From: Dehalococcoidia bacterium
Lineage (GTDB): Bacteria; Chloroflexota; Dehalococcoidia; SM23-28-2; HRBIN24
Direction of reading: 5' to 3'
NCBI GenBank assembly: GCA_034435615.1
Contig: DAOTWZ010000034.1
Coordinates: forward strand, 4,381 to 68,380
Length of the DNA stretch: 64,000 bases
The translations under genes and the position numbers were made by a program. Below are positions 56,335-64,000 of this stretch, in pieces. Numbering within the stretch: position 1 is the stretch's first letter; every line of letters starts with the position of its first letter. A model generated the notes under the pieces. That model worked only from the letters and a program-made list of their open reading frames with translations, was not told the origin of the DNA and did no database searches.

Positions 56335-57240
56335 ATGCGTCGTGATATCGAGTTCGACGCCGAAGGCGTGACCCTGAGGGGCTGGTTCTACTACCCGGAC
56401 GGCGCCAGCGGGCCGGTGCCCACTGTGGTGATGGCCCACGGCTTCTCCGCCGTCAAGGAGATGTACCTGGACCGCTACGCCGAGGTCTTCAGCGAGGCTG
56501 GCCTGGGCGCACTGGTCTTCGACAACCGCAACTTCGGTGCCAGCGACGGTGAGCCCCGCCAGGAGATAGACCCCTGGGCGCAGGCCCGCGACTACCGCCA
56601 CGCCATCACCTACGTCCGCAGCCTGCCCGAGGTGGACCGGGAGCGCATCGGCATCTGGGGCTCCAGCTATAGCGGCGGCCACGTCCTGGTGGTGGCCGCC
56701 ATAGACAAGCGGGTAAGATGCGTCGTCTCCCAGGTGCCCCTGGTGAGCGGCTACCGCAACGTCTTGCGGCTGGTGCGCAACGACGTGGTGGTCCAGCTAC
56801 GGGCGCAACTGGACGCCGACCGCGAGGCCCGCTTCGCCGGGCAGCCGCCGGGGATGATCGCGGTGGTCTCCGAAGACCCCACCACCACTCCCTGCGCCCT
56901 GCCCACGCCGGACTCCTGGCAGTGGTTCACGGAGACGGGCCGGACGCGGGCGCCGGCCTGGCGCAACGAGGTCACCCTCCGCTCCATCGAGATGCTCATG
57001 GAGTATGAGCCCCTGGCCTACATAGAGCGCATCGCTCCCACGCCCCTGCTCATGGTGGTGGCGGCCAACGATGTCCTCACCCCCACTGATCTGGCCCTGG
57101 AGGCCTACAACCGCGCTCTGGAGCCCAAGAAGCTGGTCATCCTCCCCGGCGGCCACTTCGACGCCTACACCAAGGACTTCGAGCTGGCGGCGGGGGTGGC
57201 GCGGGACTGGTTCCTGGAGCACCTGACGGGCCGACGCTAG
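56335..57240 (+). CDS. alpha/beta hydrolase (dienelactone hydrolase-like)
   Basis: GSSYSGG nucleophile elbow and AHGFSAVKE. Confidence 0.83.
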   Translation: MRRDIEFDAEGVTLRGWFYYPDGASGPVPTVVMAHGFSAVKEMYLDRYAEVFSEAGLGALVFDNRNFGASDGEPRQEIDPWAQARDYRHAITYVRSLPEVDRERIGIWGSSYSGGHVLVVAAIDKRVRCVVSQVPLVSGYRNVLRLVRNDVVVQLRAQLDADREARFAGQPPGMIAVVSEDPTTTPCALPTPDSWQWFTETGRTRAPAWRNEVTLRSIEMLMEYEPLAYIERIAPTPLLMVVAANDVLTPTDLALEAYNRALEPKKLVILPGGHFDAYTKDFELAAGVARDWFLEHLTGRR

Positions 57241-57265
57241 GCTCCAACGCCGAGGTGGTGCAACC

Positions 57266-58390
57266 ATGCGCGTCCTGGCCATCGATATGGGGACGGGCAC
57301 CCAGGACATCCTGCTGTTCGACAGCGAGCAGCCGCTGGAGAACTGCGTCCAGATGATCATGCCCTCCGCTACGGAGATCGCCGCCCGGCGAATAGCCCGG
57401 GCGACGCGAGAGGGGCGGCCCCTGGTGCTGACGGGCACCGTCATGGGCGGCGGCCCCTGCCACTGGGCCCTGGAGCGTCACCTGGAGGCCGGCCTCCCCG
57501 CCTACGCCACGCCGGAGGCGGCCCAGACCTTCGACGACGACCTGTCCCGGGTGGCGGCCATGGGCGTCACCATCGTCTCCGAGGACGAGGCCCGCCGCAT
57601 AGACGGCGAAGCTCTCCGCGTCCGCCTCCAGGACCTGGACCTGGAGGCGGTGCGGGCTGCCCTCTCCCGCTTCGAGGTGGAGACCCGCTTCGATGGCCTG
57701 GCCCTGGCCTGCCTGGACCACGGGGCCGCTCCCCCTGGCTACTCCGACCGCCTGTTCCGCTTCGAGCATCTGCGGCGGGTGGTGGAGCGCCGCAACGACC
57801 TGCGGGCCTTCGCCTTCCTGCCCGAGGAGGTGCCGGACTACCTGACGCGGGCGCGAGCCATGCTCCGCTATGCCGCCCCGGAGGGGGTGCCAACCGTCTT
57901 CCTGGACACCGGACCGGCGGCCGCCCTGGGCGCCCTCCAGGACCCTCTGGTGGCCCAGCAGGAGGAGCAGTTCGTCATCAACCTGGGGAACATGCACGCC
58001 CTGGCCTTTCACCTGCGGGGCACCCACATCTACTCCCTCTTCGAGCACCACACCGGCGAGGTGACGGCCCGGCAACTGGAGGAGTTCAGCGAGCGTCTCA
58101 TGGACGGCACCCTGCGCCACGAGGATGTCTTCGATACCAAGGGGCACGGCGTCTTCTACGCCGACGCGCCCCGGATCCGTCGCCCCCTGGTGGCGGTGAC
58201 GGGACCGCAGCGGGGGAAGCTCAGGGGGAGCCGCCTGGAGCCCTATTTCGCCGTCCCCCACGGGGACATGATGGTCTCCGGCTGCTTCGGTCTGCTGTGG
58301 GCCTTCGCCGAGCGCCACCCCCAGCACCGGGAGGAGCTCATCTCCCGGCTGGGTGTGGAGAGGCTGGCCGACGGGGCCTGGGGGTCCTAG
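57266..58390 (+). CDS. DUF1786-like protein with ASKHA (actin/Hsp70/sugar-kinase) type N-terminal phosphate-1 motif
   Basis: AIDMGTGTQDILLFD resembles the DxGxT phosphate-binding loop. Confidence 0.65.
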   Translation: MRVLAIDMGTGTQDILLFDSEQPLENCVQMIMPSATEIAARRIARATREGRPLVLTGTVMGGGPCHWALERHLEAGLPAYATPEAAQTFDDDLSRVAAMGVTIVSEDEARRIDGEALRVRLQDLDLEAVRAALSRFEVETRFDGLALACLDHGAAPPGYSDRLFRFEHLRRVVERRNDLRAFAFLPEEVPDYLTRARAMLRYAAPEGVPTVFLDTGPAAALGALQDPLVAQQEEQFVINLGNMHALAFHLRGTHIYSLFEHHTGEVTARQLEEFSERLMDGTLRHEDVFDTKGHGVFYADAPRIRRPLVAVTGPQRGKLRGSRLEPYFAVPHGDMMVSGCFGLLWAFAERHPQHREELISRLGVERLADGAWGS

Positions 58391-58881
58391 AGCAGCTTCT
58401 TGAGGATGCTGCTCAGGGGCCCGGGGGCCAGGTCCTCGGGCCCCGTCCACTGGGTAAAGAAATCGTTTATCTCGATCTCGTCCATGCCGGTGATGTAGCG
58501 CCAGGTGCGGATGCCCACCACCGGGATGTGGAGCTTCTTGCAGAGGCGTTGCGCCTCCTCCGCCAGGCCCACGGGCACGTAGAGGTAGAGGGGGGCCAGC
58601 TCGGCGAAGAGCTTCCACTCGTGGGCCTCGTCCTCGTTCACCGTCTCGGTGGTCTCCACCTCGCCCAGCATCTGGACGATGTTCTCCGGGTCCTGCACCA
58701 CCACGATATCGGGATAGACAACGCGGCCCCGCTCCGTGCGGACGCCCATGGTCCGTTCCGGGTGGTTGACGTAAGTCTTGTAGTAGGGGTAGCGCTCGTT
58801 GGGGAAGGCGAAGCGAGCCTTGGCGATGTCCTGCACCGCCCTCTCGTGCAGCGCTTCACGGGTGATGGTGCGCGTCGGCAT
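58387..58881 (-). CDS. hypothetical protein (164 aa)
   Basis: Clean ORF overlapping its neighbour by 4 nt; no family recognised. Confidence 0.55.
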   Translation of the reverse strand: MPTRTITREALHERAVQDIAKARFAFPNERYPYYKTYVNHPERTMGVRTERGRVVYPDIVVVQDPENIVQMLGEVETTETVNEDEAHEWKLFAELAPLYLYVPVGLAEEAQRLCKKLHIPVVGIRTWRYITGMDEIEINDFFTQWTGPEDLAPGPLSSILKKLL

Positions 58882-58982
58882 CTCCTGCCCCCTCTGGCCT
58901 CGGCGGTATAGAGGCTGCGGCTATGGCGAGCCGCCTCCCATCATAAAGGGGGCGGGGCCAAGCGTCCAGCCAGGCCTCTTCC

Positions 58983-59011
58983 TTGTGTCGCCTCTCGCCT
59001 TCGGCTAAAAT
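58983..59011 (+). promoter_or_regulatory. sigma70-like promoter for the enoyl-CoA hydratase/GYD/hydratase genes (TTGTGT-17-TAAAAT)
   Basis: TTGTGT at 58983-58988 and TAAAAT at 59006-59011, 22 nt upstream of the ATG. Confidence 0.45.
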
Positions 59012-59032
59012 GCGCCGGTCAGAGGACGGGAG

Positions 59033-59797
59033 ATGCCAGCGCTGAAGCTGCACAAGGACGGCCCCATCGCCTACATCGTCCTGGCGCGGCCGGAGGAGGG
59101 CAACCCGGTGGACGACCTCCTCCTGGCCGAGCTGGCGGACGCCTGCGAGGCCATAGAGCCGGACCCGGAGGTGCGCGTCGTCCTCCTGTGGGGCGGCGAG
59201 GGGGAGGTCTTCTCCCGGGGCTGGCGCTGGGAGCGGCTGCTGGAGGGGGAGGAGTGGCCCGGGTGGCCCCCCACCGGCGCCTTCGACTGCCTGGCGGAGT
59301 TGCCCCGGCCCGTAGTCTGCGCTATCAATGGCGACGCCTTCAGCGCCGGGCTGGAGCTGGCCCTGGCCTGCGATGTCCGTATCGCCGCCCTGGAGGCCCG
59401 CTTCGCCTTCCCGGAGACGGCCCTGGGGCTGATACCGCTGGCCGGCGGCACACAGCGGCTGGCCCGCGCCGTGGGCCGTAGCTGGGCCTCTTACCTGGTC
59501 CTGACGGGCGAGGCTATAGACGCCCAGCAGGCCCTGGCCATGGGCCTGGTGAGCGCTGTAGTGGAGCGGGAGCGGCTGCTCGGGGAGGCGGAATCCATAG
59601 CCCGCCGCATCGCCGAGAAGGGACCGCTGGCCGTCCGCTACGCCAAGGAGGCCCTCCAGCGCGGCCCCGAGATGCCCCTGGAGGAGGCCCTCCGCTACGA
59701 GACCGACCTGACCATCATCCTCCAGACGACGGCGGACCGACAGGAGGGGGTGAGGGCCTTCCTGGAGAAGCGGCGACCACGGTTCTCCGGCACCTGA
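59033..59797 (+). CDS. enoyl-CoA hydratase/isomerase family protein
   Basis: Crotonase fold with an oxyanion-hole region (AINGDAFSAGLELALACD). Confidence 0.85.
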   Translation: MPALKLHKDGPIAYIVLARPEEGNPVDDLLLAELADACEAIEPDPEVRVVLLWGGEGEVFSRGWRWERLLEGEEWPGWPPTGAFDCLAELPRPVVCAINGDAFSAGLELALACDVRIAALEARFAFPETALGLIPLAGGTQRLARAVGRSWASYLVLTGEAIDAQQALAMGLVSAVVERERLLGEAESIARRIAEKGPLAVRYAKEALQRGPEMPLEEALRYETDLTIILQTTADRQEGVRAFLEKRRPRFSGT

Positions 59798-59857
59798 GGC
59801 GTCGTCCCTCCCTGGCCTCGCGGGGAGGGACAGGGGTTGTGGGAGAGGGTGACTGCC

Positions 59858-60151
59858 ATGCCGACCTACATAACGTTGCTGAACTGGACGGACCAGGGAG
59901 TAAGGGCGGTAAAAGAGTCGCCGCAGAGGCTGGACGCCGCCAAGGAGGCCATCGCCCAGGTCGGCGGTCGCTTCGTGGGCTTCTACATGGTCTTCGGCGA
60001 CTATGATCTGGTCTCCATAGTGGAGGCGCCGGACGACGAGACTTACGCCCGTTTCCTCCTGGCCCTGGCTGCCCAGGGTAACGTGCGCACCAAGACCCTC
60101 AAGGCCTTCACCGAGGACGAATACCGGCGCATACTGGCGTCCCTACCGTGA
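59858..60151 (+). CDS. GYD domain protein
   Basis: GYD family motifs (GDYD, LLNWTDQG). Start at ATG 59858 after a GGGAGAGGGTGA RBS. Confidence 0.7.
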   Translation: MPTYITLLNWTDQGVRAVKESPQRLDAAKEAIAQVGGRFVGFYMVFGDYDLVSIVEAPDDETYARFLLALAAQGNVRTKTLKAFTEDEYRRILASLP

Positions 60152-60933
60152 GCGGCTTCCGGACCATCGTCTACGAGAAGAGGGAGGGGCTGGCCTGGGT
60201 CACCCTGAACCGGCCAGAGGTCCTCAACGCCATCAACCTCCAGATGCGGGACGAGCTGTGGGAGGCGGTCCACGCCGCCCGGCAGGACCCGGAGGTAGCG
60301 GTGCTTCTCTTCCGGGGCGCCGGGGAGCGGGCCTTCTCCGCCGGCGCCGATATCTCCGAGTTCGGCACGGCCCCCTCCTATGTGGAGGCCCGCCGCGCCC
60401 GTCAGCAGCGAGACCTCTGGGGATTCCTGGAGACCTTCCCCAAGCCCCTCGTGGCGGCCATCCATGGCTACGCCCTGGGGGCGGGGCTGGAGCTGCCCCT
60501 CTTCTGCGACATCCGCATCGCCGCCGAGGACGCCCGCCTAGGCCTGCCTGAGGTGAACCTGGGCTACATCCCCTCCGCCGGGGGCACCCAGACCCTCCCC
60601 CGCACCGTCCCCCGGGCCATCGCTGCCCAGATGGTCCTCACCGGTGAGCCCATCGCCGCCCGGGAGGCGCTGCGCTGGGGGCTGGTGCACCGCGTGATTC
60701 CCCGCGAGCGCCTGTACGAGGAGGCGGAGCGAGTGGCCCGCGCCCTGGCTGAGCGGCCGGCGGAGGCGCTGAGTTGCGCCAAACGGGCGGTGCGCCGGGG
60801 CCTGGACCTGTCCATAGAAGAGGGGCTGCGGCTGGAGGCCCGCCTGGCGGGACGGCTGCTCCGCGGGCGGGAGGCGCGGGAGAGGCTGGCCGCCTGGCTA
60901 GAAGGGCGGGCGCCTCGCTTTCCCGCCCCCTGA
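60148..60933 (+). CDS. enoyl-CoA hydratase/isomerase family protein
   Basis: GTG start overlaps the GYD stop (GTGA); crotonase motifs (AIHGYALGAGLELPLFCD). Confidence 0.88.
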   Translation: MSGFRTIVYEKREGLAWVTLNRPEVLNAINLQMRDELWEAVHAARQDPEVAVLLFRGAGERAFSAGADISEFGTAPSYVEARRARQQRDLWGFLETFPKPLVAAIHGYALGAGLELPLFCDIRIAAEDARLGLPEVNLGYIPSAGGTQTLPRTVPRAIAAQMVLTGEPIAAREALRWGLVHRVIPRERLYEEAERVARALAERPAEALSCAKRAVRRGLDLSIEEGLRLEARLAGRLLRGREARERLAAWLEGRAPRFPAP

Positions 60934-61015
60934 ACGCTCTGTGTAAAATGGTGTAGATTGTAAGGGACACCGGCGCGCCGCGCGCCAGAAAAGCCAAGAC
61001 CGAGGGGGTGGACCC

Positions 61016-62617
61016 GTGAACACTGCCGAGTTCCTGACCATAGCGGCCTCCGTGGTCCCCGACCGCGTCGGCCTCATCTGCGAAGGGCGCGAGGAGACCT
61101 TCGCTCAGCTCCAGGAGAGGGTCAACCGCCTGGCCAACGCCCTCCAGTCCCTGGGCCTCCAGAAGGGCGACAAGGTGGCCGTGATGGCCCTCAACAGCAT
61201 CCCTTATGTGGAGACCTACTACGCCGCCGCCAAGCTGGGCCTCGTCTTTGTCCCCCTCAACTACCGGGCCAAGCGGGAAGAGCTGGTCTACATGCTCAAC
61301 AACTCGGAGACGGCGGCCCTCTTCGTCGGCGAGCGCTACCTGGCGCTGGTGGACGTCATCCGGCCGGAAATCAACACCGTACGCCACTTCATATGCTACG
61401 ATGCCCGGCCCGAGGGGATGCTCAACTACGAGGAGCTCCTGGCCCAGCACGAGCCGGAGGAGCTCTTCGTGGAGGTGGACGATTCCGACCCCACCATCCT
61501 CATGTACACCAGCGGCACCACTGCCCTGCCCAAGGGGGTGGTCCTCACCCACCTGGCCATGTCCGTCTACGTCACCAACACCATCTCCCCTGCCGACCCG
61601 ACGGCCGAGGAATGGGACGTCCAGTTGGTGGCGGTGCCCTTCTACCACATCGCCGGCGCCACCACCATGCTGGCCTCCGTATGGGGCGGCCGCACCCTGG
61701 TGGTCCTCCCCCAGTTCGACCCCACCGCCTGGCTGGAGGCGGTGCAGCGGTACCGCGTCACCCACAGCTTCCTGGTGCCCACCATGGTGAAGCGGGTCAT
61801 TGAGCACCCGGACTTCGACAAGTACGACCTCAGCTCGCTGCGCCTGCTGGCCTACGGCGCCGCCCCCATGCCCTACGAGGTGCTCGTCGCCGCCATCGAG
61901 AAGTTCAAGAAGTGGCCCAACGTGGGGCTGATGAACGCCTACGGTCAGACGGAGAGCACCTCCACCCTCACCTACCTGGGGCCCGAAGACCACCGCATAC
62001 CTGAGGAGCCCGGCCCGGAGCGGGAGAAGGCGCTGCGCCGCCTCCGCTCCGTGGGCCGGCCCATGCCGGACGTGGTGGTGGCCATCATGGACCCGCAGGG
62101 GAACATCCTGCCCCCCGGCCATGAGGGGGAGATAGTGGTCCAGGGGCCGCGGGTCATGGCCGGCTACTGGCGCCGGGACGAGGAGACGGCCGAGGCCTTC
62201 AAGGACGGCTGGCTCCACACCGGGGACGTGGGCTTCATAGACGAGGACGGCTACGTCTACATCACCGGCCGCACCAAGGACCTGATCATCCGCGGCGGGG
62301 AGAACATCGCCCCCGGCGAGATCGAGGCGGTGCTGGACCAGCACCCCAAGGTATCGGAGGTGGCGGTCATCGGCGTGCCGGACGTGGAGTGGGGCGAGGA
62401 GATCAAGGCCATCGTCGTCCCCAAGGACCCGGCCGACCCGCCCACGCCGGAGGAGCTGACGGCCTTCGTCAAGGAGCGGCTGGCCAGCTACAAGGCGCCC
62501 AAGTACTACGCCTTCGTGGAGGAGTTGCCCAAGAACTACCTGGGCAAGGTGCTGAAGACGGAGCTGCGCAAGCTCTACGGCGAGCCCAAGCCGGAGGCCC
62601 ACGTCCAGCGGGGCTGA
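61016..62617 (+). CDS. AMP-dependent synthetase/ligase (fatty-acyl-CoA synthetase-like)
   Basis: AMP-binding signature YTSGTTALPKGV. GTG start with a GAGGGGGTGGA RBS. Confidence 0.9.
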   Translation: MNTAEFLTIAASVVPDRVGLICEGREETFAQLQERVNRLANALQSLGLQKGDKVAVMALNSIPYVETYYAAAKLGLVFVPLNYRAKREELVYMLNNSETAALFVGERYLALVDVIRPEINTVRHFICYDARPEGMLNYEELLAQHEPEELFVEVDDSDPTILMYTSGTTALPKGVVLTHLAMSVYVTNTISPADPTAEEWDVQLVAVPFYHIAGATTMLASVWGGRTLVVLPQFDPTAWLEAVQRYRVTHSFLVPTMVKRVIEHPDFDKYDLSSLRLLAYGAAPMPYEVLVAAIEKFKKWPNVGLMNAYGQTESTSTLTYLGPEDHRIPEEPGPEREKALRRLRSVGRPMPDVVVAIMDPQGNILPPGHEGEIVVQGPRVMAGYWRRDEETAEAFKDGWLHTGDVGFIDEDGYVYITGRTKDLIIRGGENIAPGEIEAVLDQHPKVSEVAVIGVPDVEWGEEIKAIVVPKDPADPPTPEELTAFVKERLASYKAPKYYAFVEELPKNYLGKVLKTELRKLYGEPKPEAHVQRG

Positions 62618-62636
62618 TGCACCGGGGCGCGGGCCG

Positions 62637-62667
62637 GGGCCTCCCCACGCGGGGAGGCCCTTTTCGT
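62637..62667 (+). terminator. intrinsic terminator downstream of the acyl-CoA synthetase gene
   Basis: GGGCCTCCCC-acgc-GGGGAGGCCC forms a 10-bp stem, followed by TTTTCGTCC. Confidence 0.7.
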
Positions 62668-62778
62668 CCTCTGGGACGGTGGCCCGGCCCTGCCGTGCAG
62701 CGGGGCGAGGCCGTCTCGCAGGTAGCCTGGCGCCCCCGCGTGGTGGCGATACCCACCCGGCGGGCGGCCAGGGCCGGC

Positions 62779-63996
62779 CTAGAAGTATTCCGGCGCTCCC
62801 GGGGGGCGGCTGGCGCTGAGGGCGGCCTCGGCGGCGTCCAGGGCGGCCGGATTGTGCACCCGCAGCAGGCCCAGGCGGGCCGCTTCCTTCACCGTGACGA
62901 GGCCGCTGTAGATGGCGGCCAGGTGGCCGGCGTCGCACGAGAGGTCGGGCTCGCCCTGGGCGGGACGGACGTGGAGGCGTCCCTCCGCCTCGATGCGCCA
63001 GAGGCCCTGATTCCAGGGAGCGGCCTCGTCCTGCACCGCCAGGGTGAAGGCGACGCCTTCCTGTGCTCTGGTGGGCCGCCCGGAGAGGGCGCGAGGGACG
63101 TCCACCAGGCGGAGCATCATCCCGGGGGCGAGGGAGACCTGCACCCGCTGGGCCTCGTCCACTACCGTGAGGAGGGGGTCTGCCGGGTCGGCCGGCACCT
63201 GGATGTCGCGGGCCAGATCGAAGGAGAGGATGTAGCGCAGGAGGCCGGCATAGGCGTCGCCGTCCAGGGCTACCAGCTCACGGACGGTGAAGAGGTTCTC
63301 GGTGCCCCGCTCGGTGCGGCGCATGCGGGCCTCGTAGAGAAGATAGCCGGTGGGCTCGCCCGTGGGGCCGGTCCAGACGGCTATCTCCTGGGGGCGACGG
63401 CCGGGGTCGTAGGGGGTGCGGAGCACCATGTTGCGCCACCAGGGCTCCGGGCGCACCAGGGAACCGTTCCGCTCCAGGGCGCGGCGACGGTAGAGGGTGT
63501 CCAGGAGGGGCCAGTCCTCCTCGGTGAGACGGCGGGCCTTGCCCTGGGGACGCTCCAGCCAGCGGGGGCTGATCTCCTTGGGCCGGAACAGGTAGTGGAC
63601 GTTGCGGTGGGCCACCGCCCACCCGTAACGGCGGTAGAGGGAGGGGTGGGTGGTGTGGAGGCCGGACAGGGCGAAGCCCTCCTGACGCAGCCGGTCCAGG
63701 GTGTAGGAGAGGAGGCGGCCCACCAGCCCCCGTCGCCGCTCCTCCGGCAGACAGGAGACGGTGGAGACGCCGGCCAGGCGGACCTCCGCGCCCTCGTAGA
63801 GGGCGGCCAGCGGGTAGATGGTGAGGCAGGCCACTACCCGGCCCTCCTCGAACATGGCGATGGGCTGCCCGTAGTCGAAGAGGCGGACGCGGTGAAGGAG
63901 GGGCTCCGGGCTCTTCTCGCCATCGAAGGCGATGGATATGGTGAGGGCCACCTCCGGCAGCTCCTCGGGCCGGGGGTCGCGGATCTCCAGCGTCAT
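62779..63996 (-). CDS. GNAT-family N-acetyltransferase, Eis-like (GNAT plus SCP2-like C-terminal domain)
   Basis: About 400 aa; acetyl-CoA motif RRRGLVGRLL in the N-terminal GNAT domain. Confidence 0.78.
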   Translation of the reverse strand: MTLEIRDPRPEELPEVALTISIAFDGEKSPEPLLHRVRLFDYGQPIAMFEEGRVVACLTIYPLAALYEGAEVRLAGVSTVSCLPEERRRGLVGRLLSYTLDRLRQEGFALSGLHTTHPSLYRRYGWAVAHRNVHYLFRPKEISPRWLERPQGKARRLTEEDWPLLDTLYRRRALERNGSLVRPEPWWRNMVLRTPYDPGRRPQEIAVWTGPTGEPTGYLLYEARMRRTERGTENLFTVRELVALDGDAYAGLLRYILSFDLARDIQVPADPADPLLTVVDEAQRVQVSLAPGMMLRLVDVPRALSGRPTRAQEGVAFTLAVQDEAAPWNQGLWRIEAEGRLHVRPAQGEPDLSCDAGHLAAIYSGLVTVKEAARLGLLRVHNPAALDAAEAALSASRPPGAPEYF

Positions 63997-64000
63997 GGCA

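Noticed and set aside
58387-58881. Horizontally acquired low-GC island or PD-(D/E)xK nuclease
   Set aside because: The GC content is only slightly below the local average by eye. The D...EVE patch lacks the lysine of the PD-(D/E)xK motif, so the call is left as a hypothetical protein.

Overview
This is a high-GC window, roughly two-thirds to 70% G+C by eye, from a densely coding bacterial chromosome. I support about 70 protein-coding genes and found no rRNA, tRNA, CRISPR array, IS element or integrase.

Main gene content:
- A zur–znuA–znuC–znuB zinc-uptake operon on the minus strand.
- An ECF sigma factor with an RskA-type anti-sigma factor.
- A complete aa3-type cytochrome oxidase cluster (ctaA, ctaB, coxB, coxA, coxC, coxD, ctaG), convergent with an unusual ABM–transmembrane–cupredoxin fusion gene.
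- Citrate synthase.
- An arginine biosynthesis cluster (argC, argJ, argB, a universal stress protein, argD, argG, then argH and rpe).
- rpmB facing the DAK2/YloV gene, then greA, lysS and serS.
- A small β-oxidation-like set: two enoyl-CoA hydratases, a GYD protein and an acyl-CoA synthetase.

Most interesting observations:
1. selD is a selenoprotein gene. The ORF track truncates it, but reading upstream in frame gives a single TGA exactly at the catalytic Cys/Sec position.
2. A membrane-anchored blue-copper (auracyanin-like) domain fused to an ABM domain sits next to an oxidase whose subunit II has no cytochrome c domain.
3. A 72–73 bp tandem repeat in about 2.6 copies supplies the last codons of rpe.
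4. A divergent pair of a family-4 UDG and a DNA-repair-type radical SAM protein.
5. A GreA paralogue fused to an integrase-type N-terminal DNA-binding domain.
6. A DUF397 small ORF upstream of arsM and a MerR-family regulator.
7. Several promoter, terminator and operator-like sequence signatures, including a promoter plus intrinsic terminator inside the greA leader.

The lineage is only an inference: a high-GC Terrabacteria member, Actinobacteria- or Chloroflexi-like. All calls come from reading the sequence and recalling protein family signatures; no database search was run.
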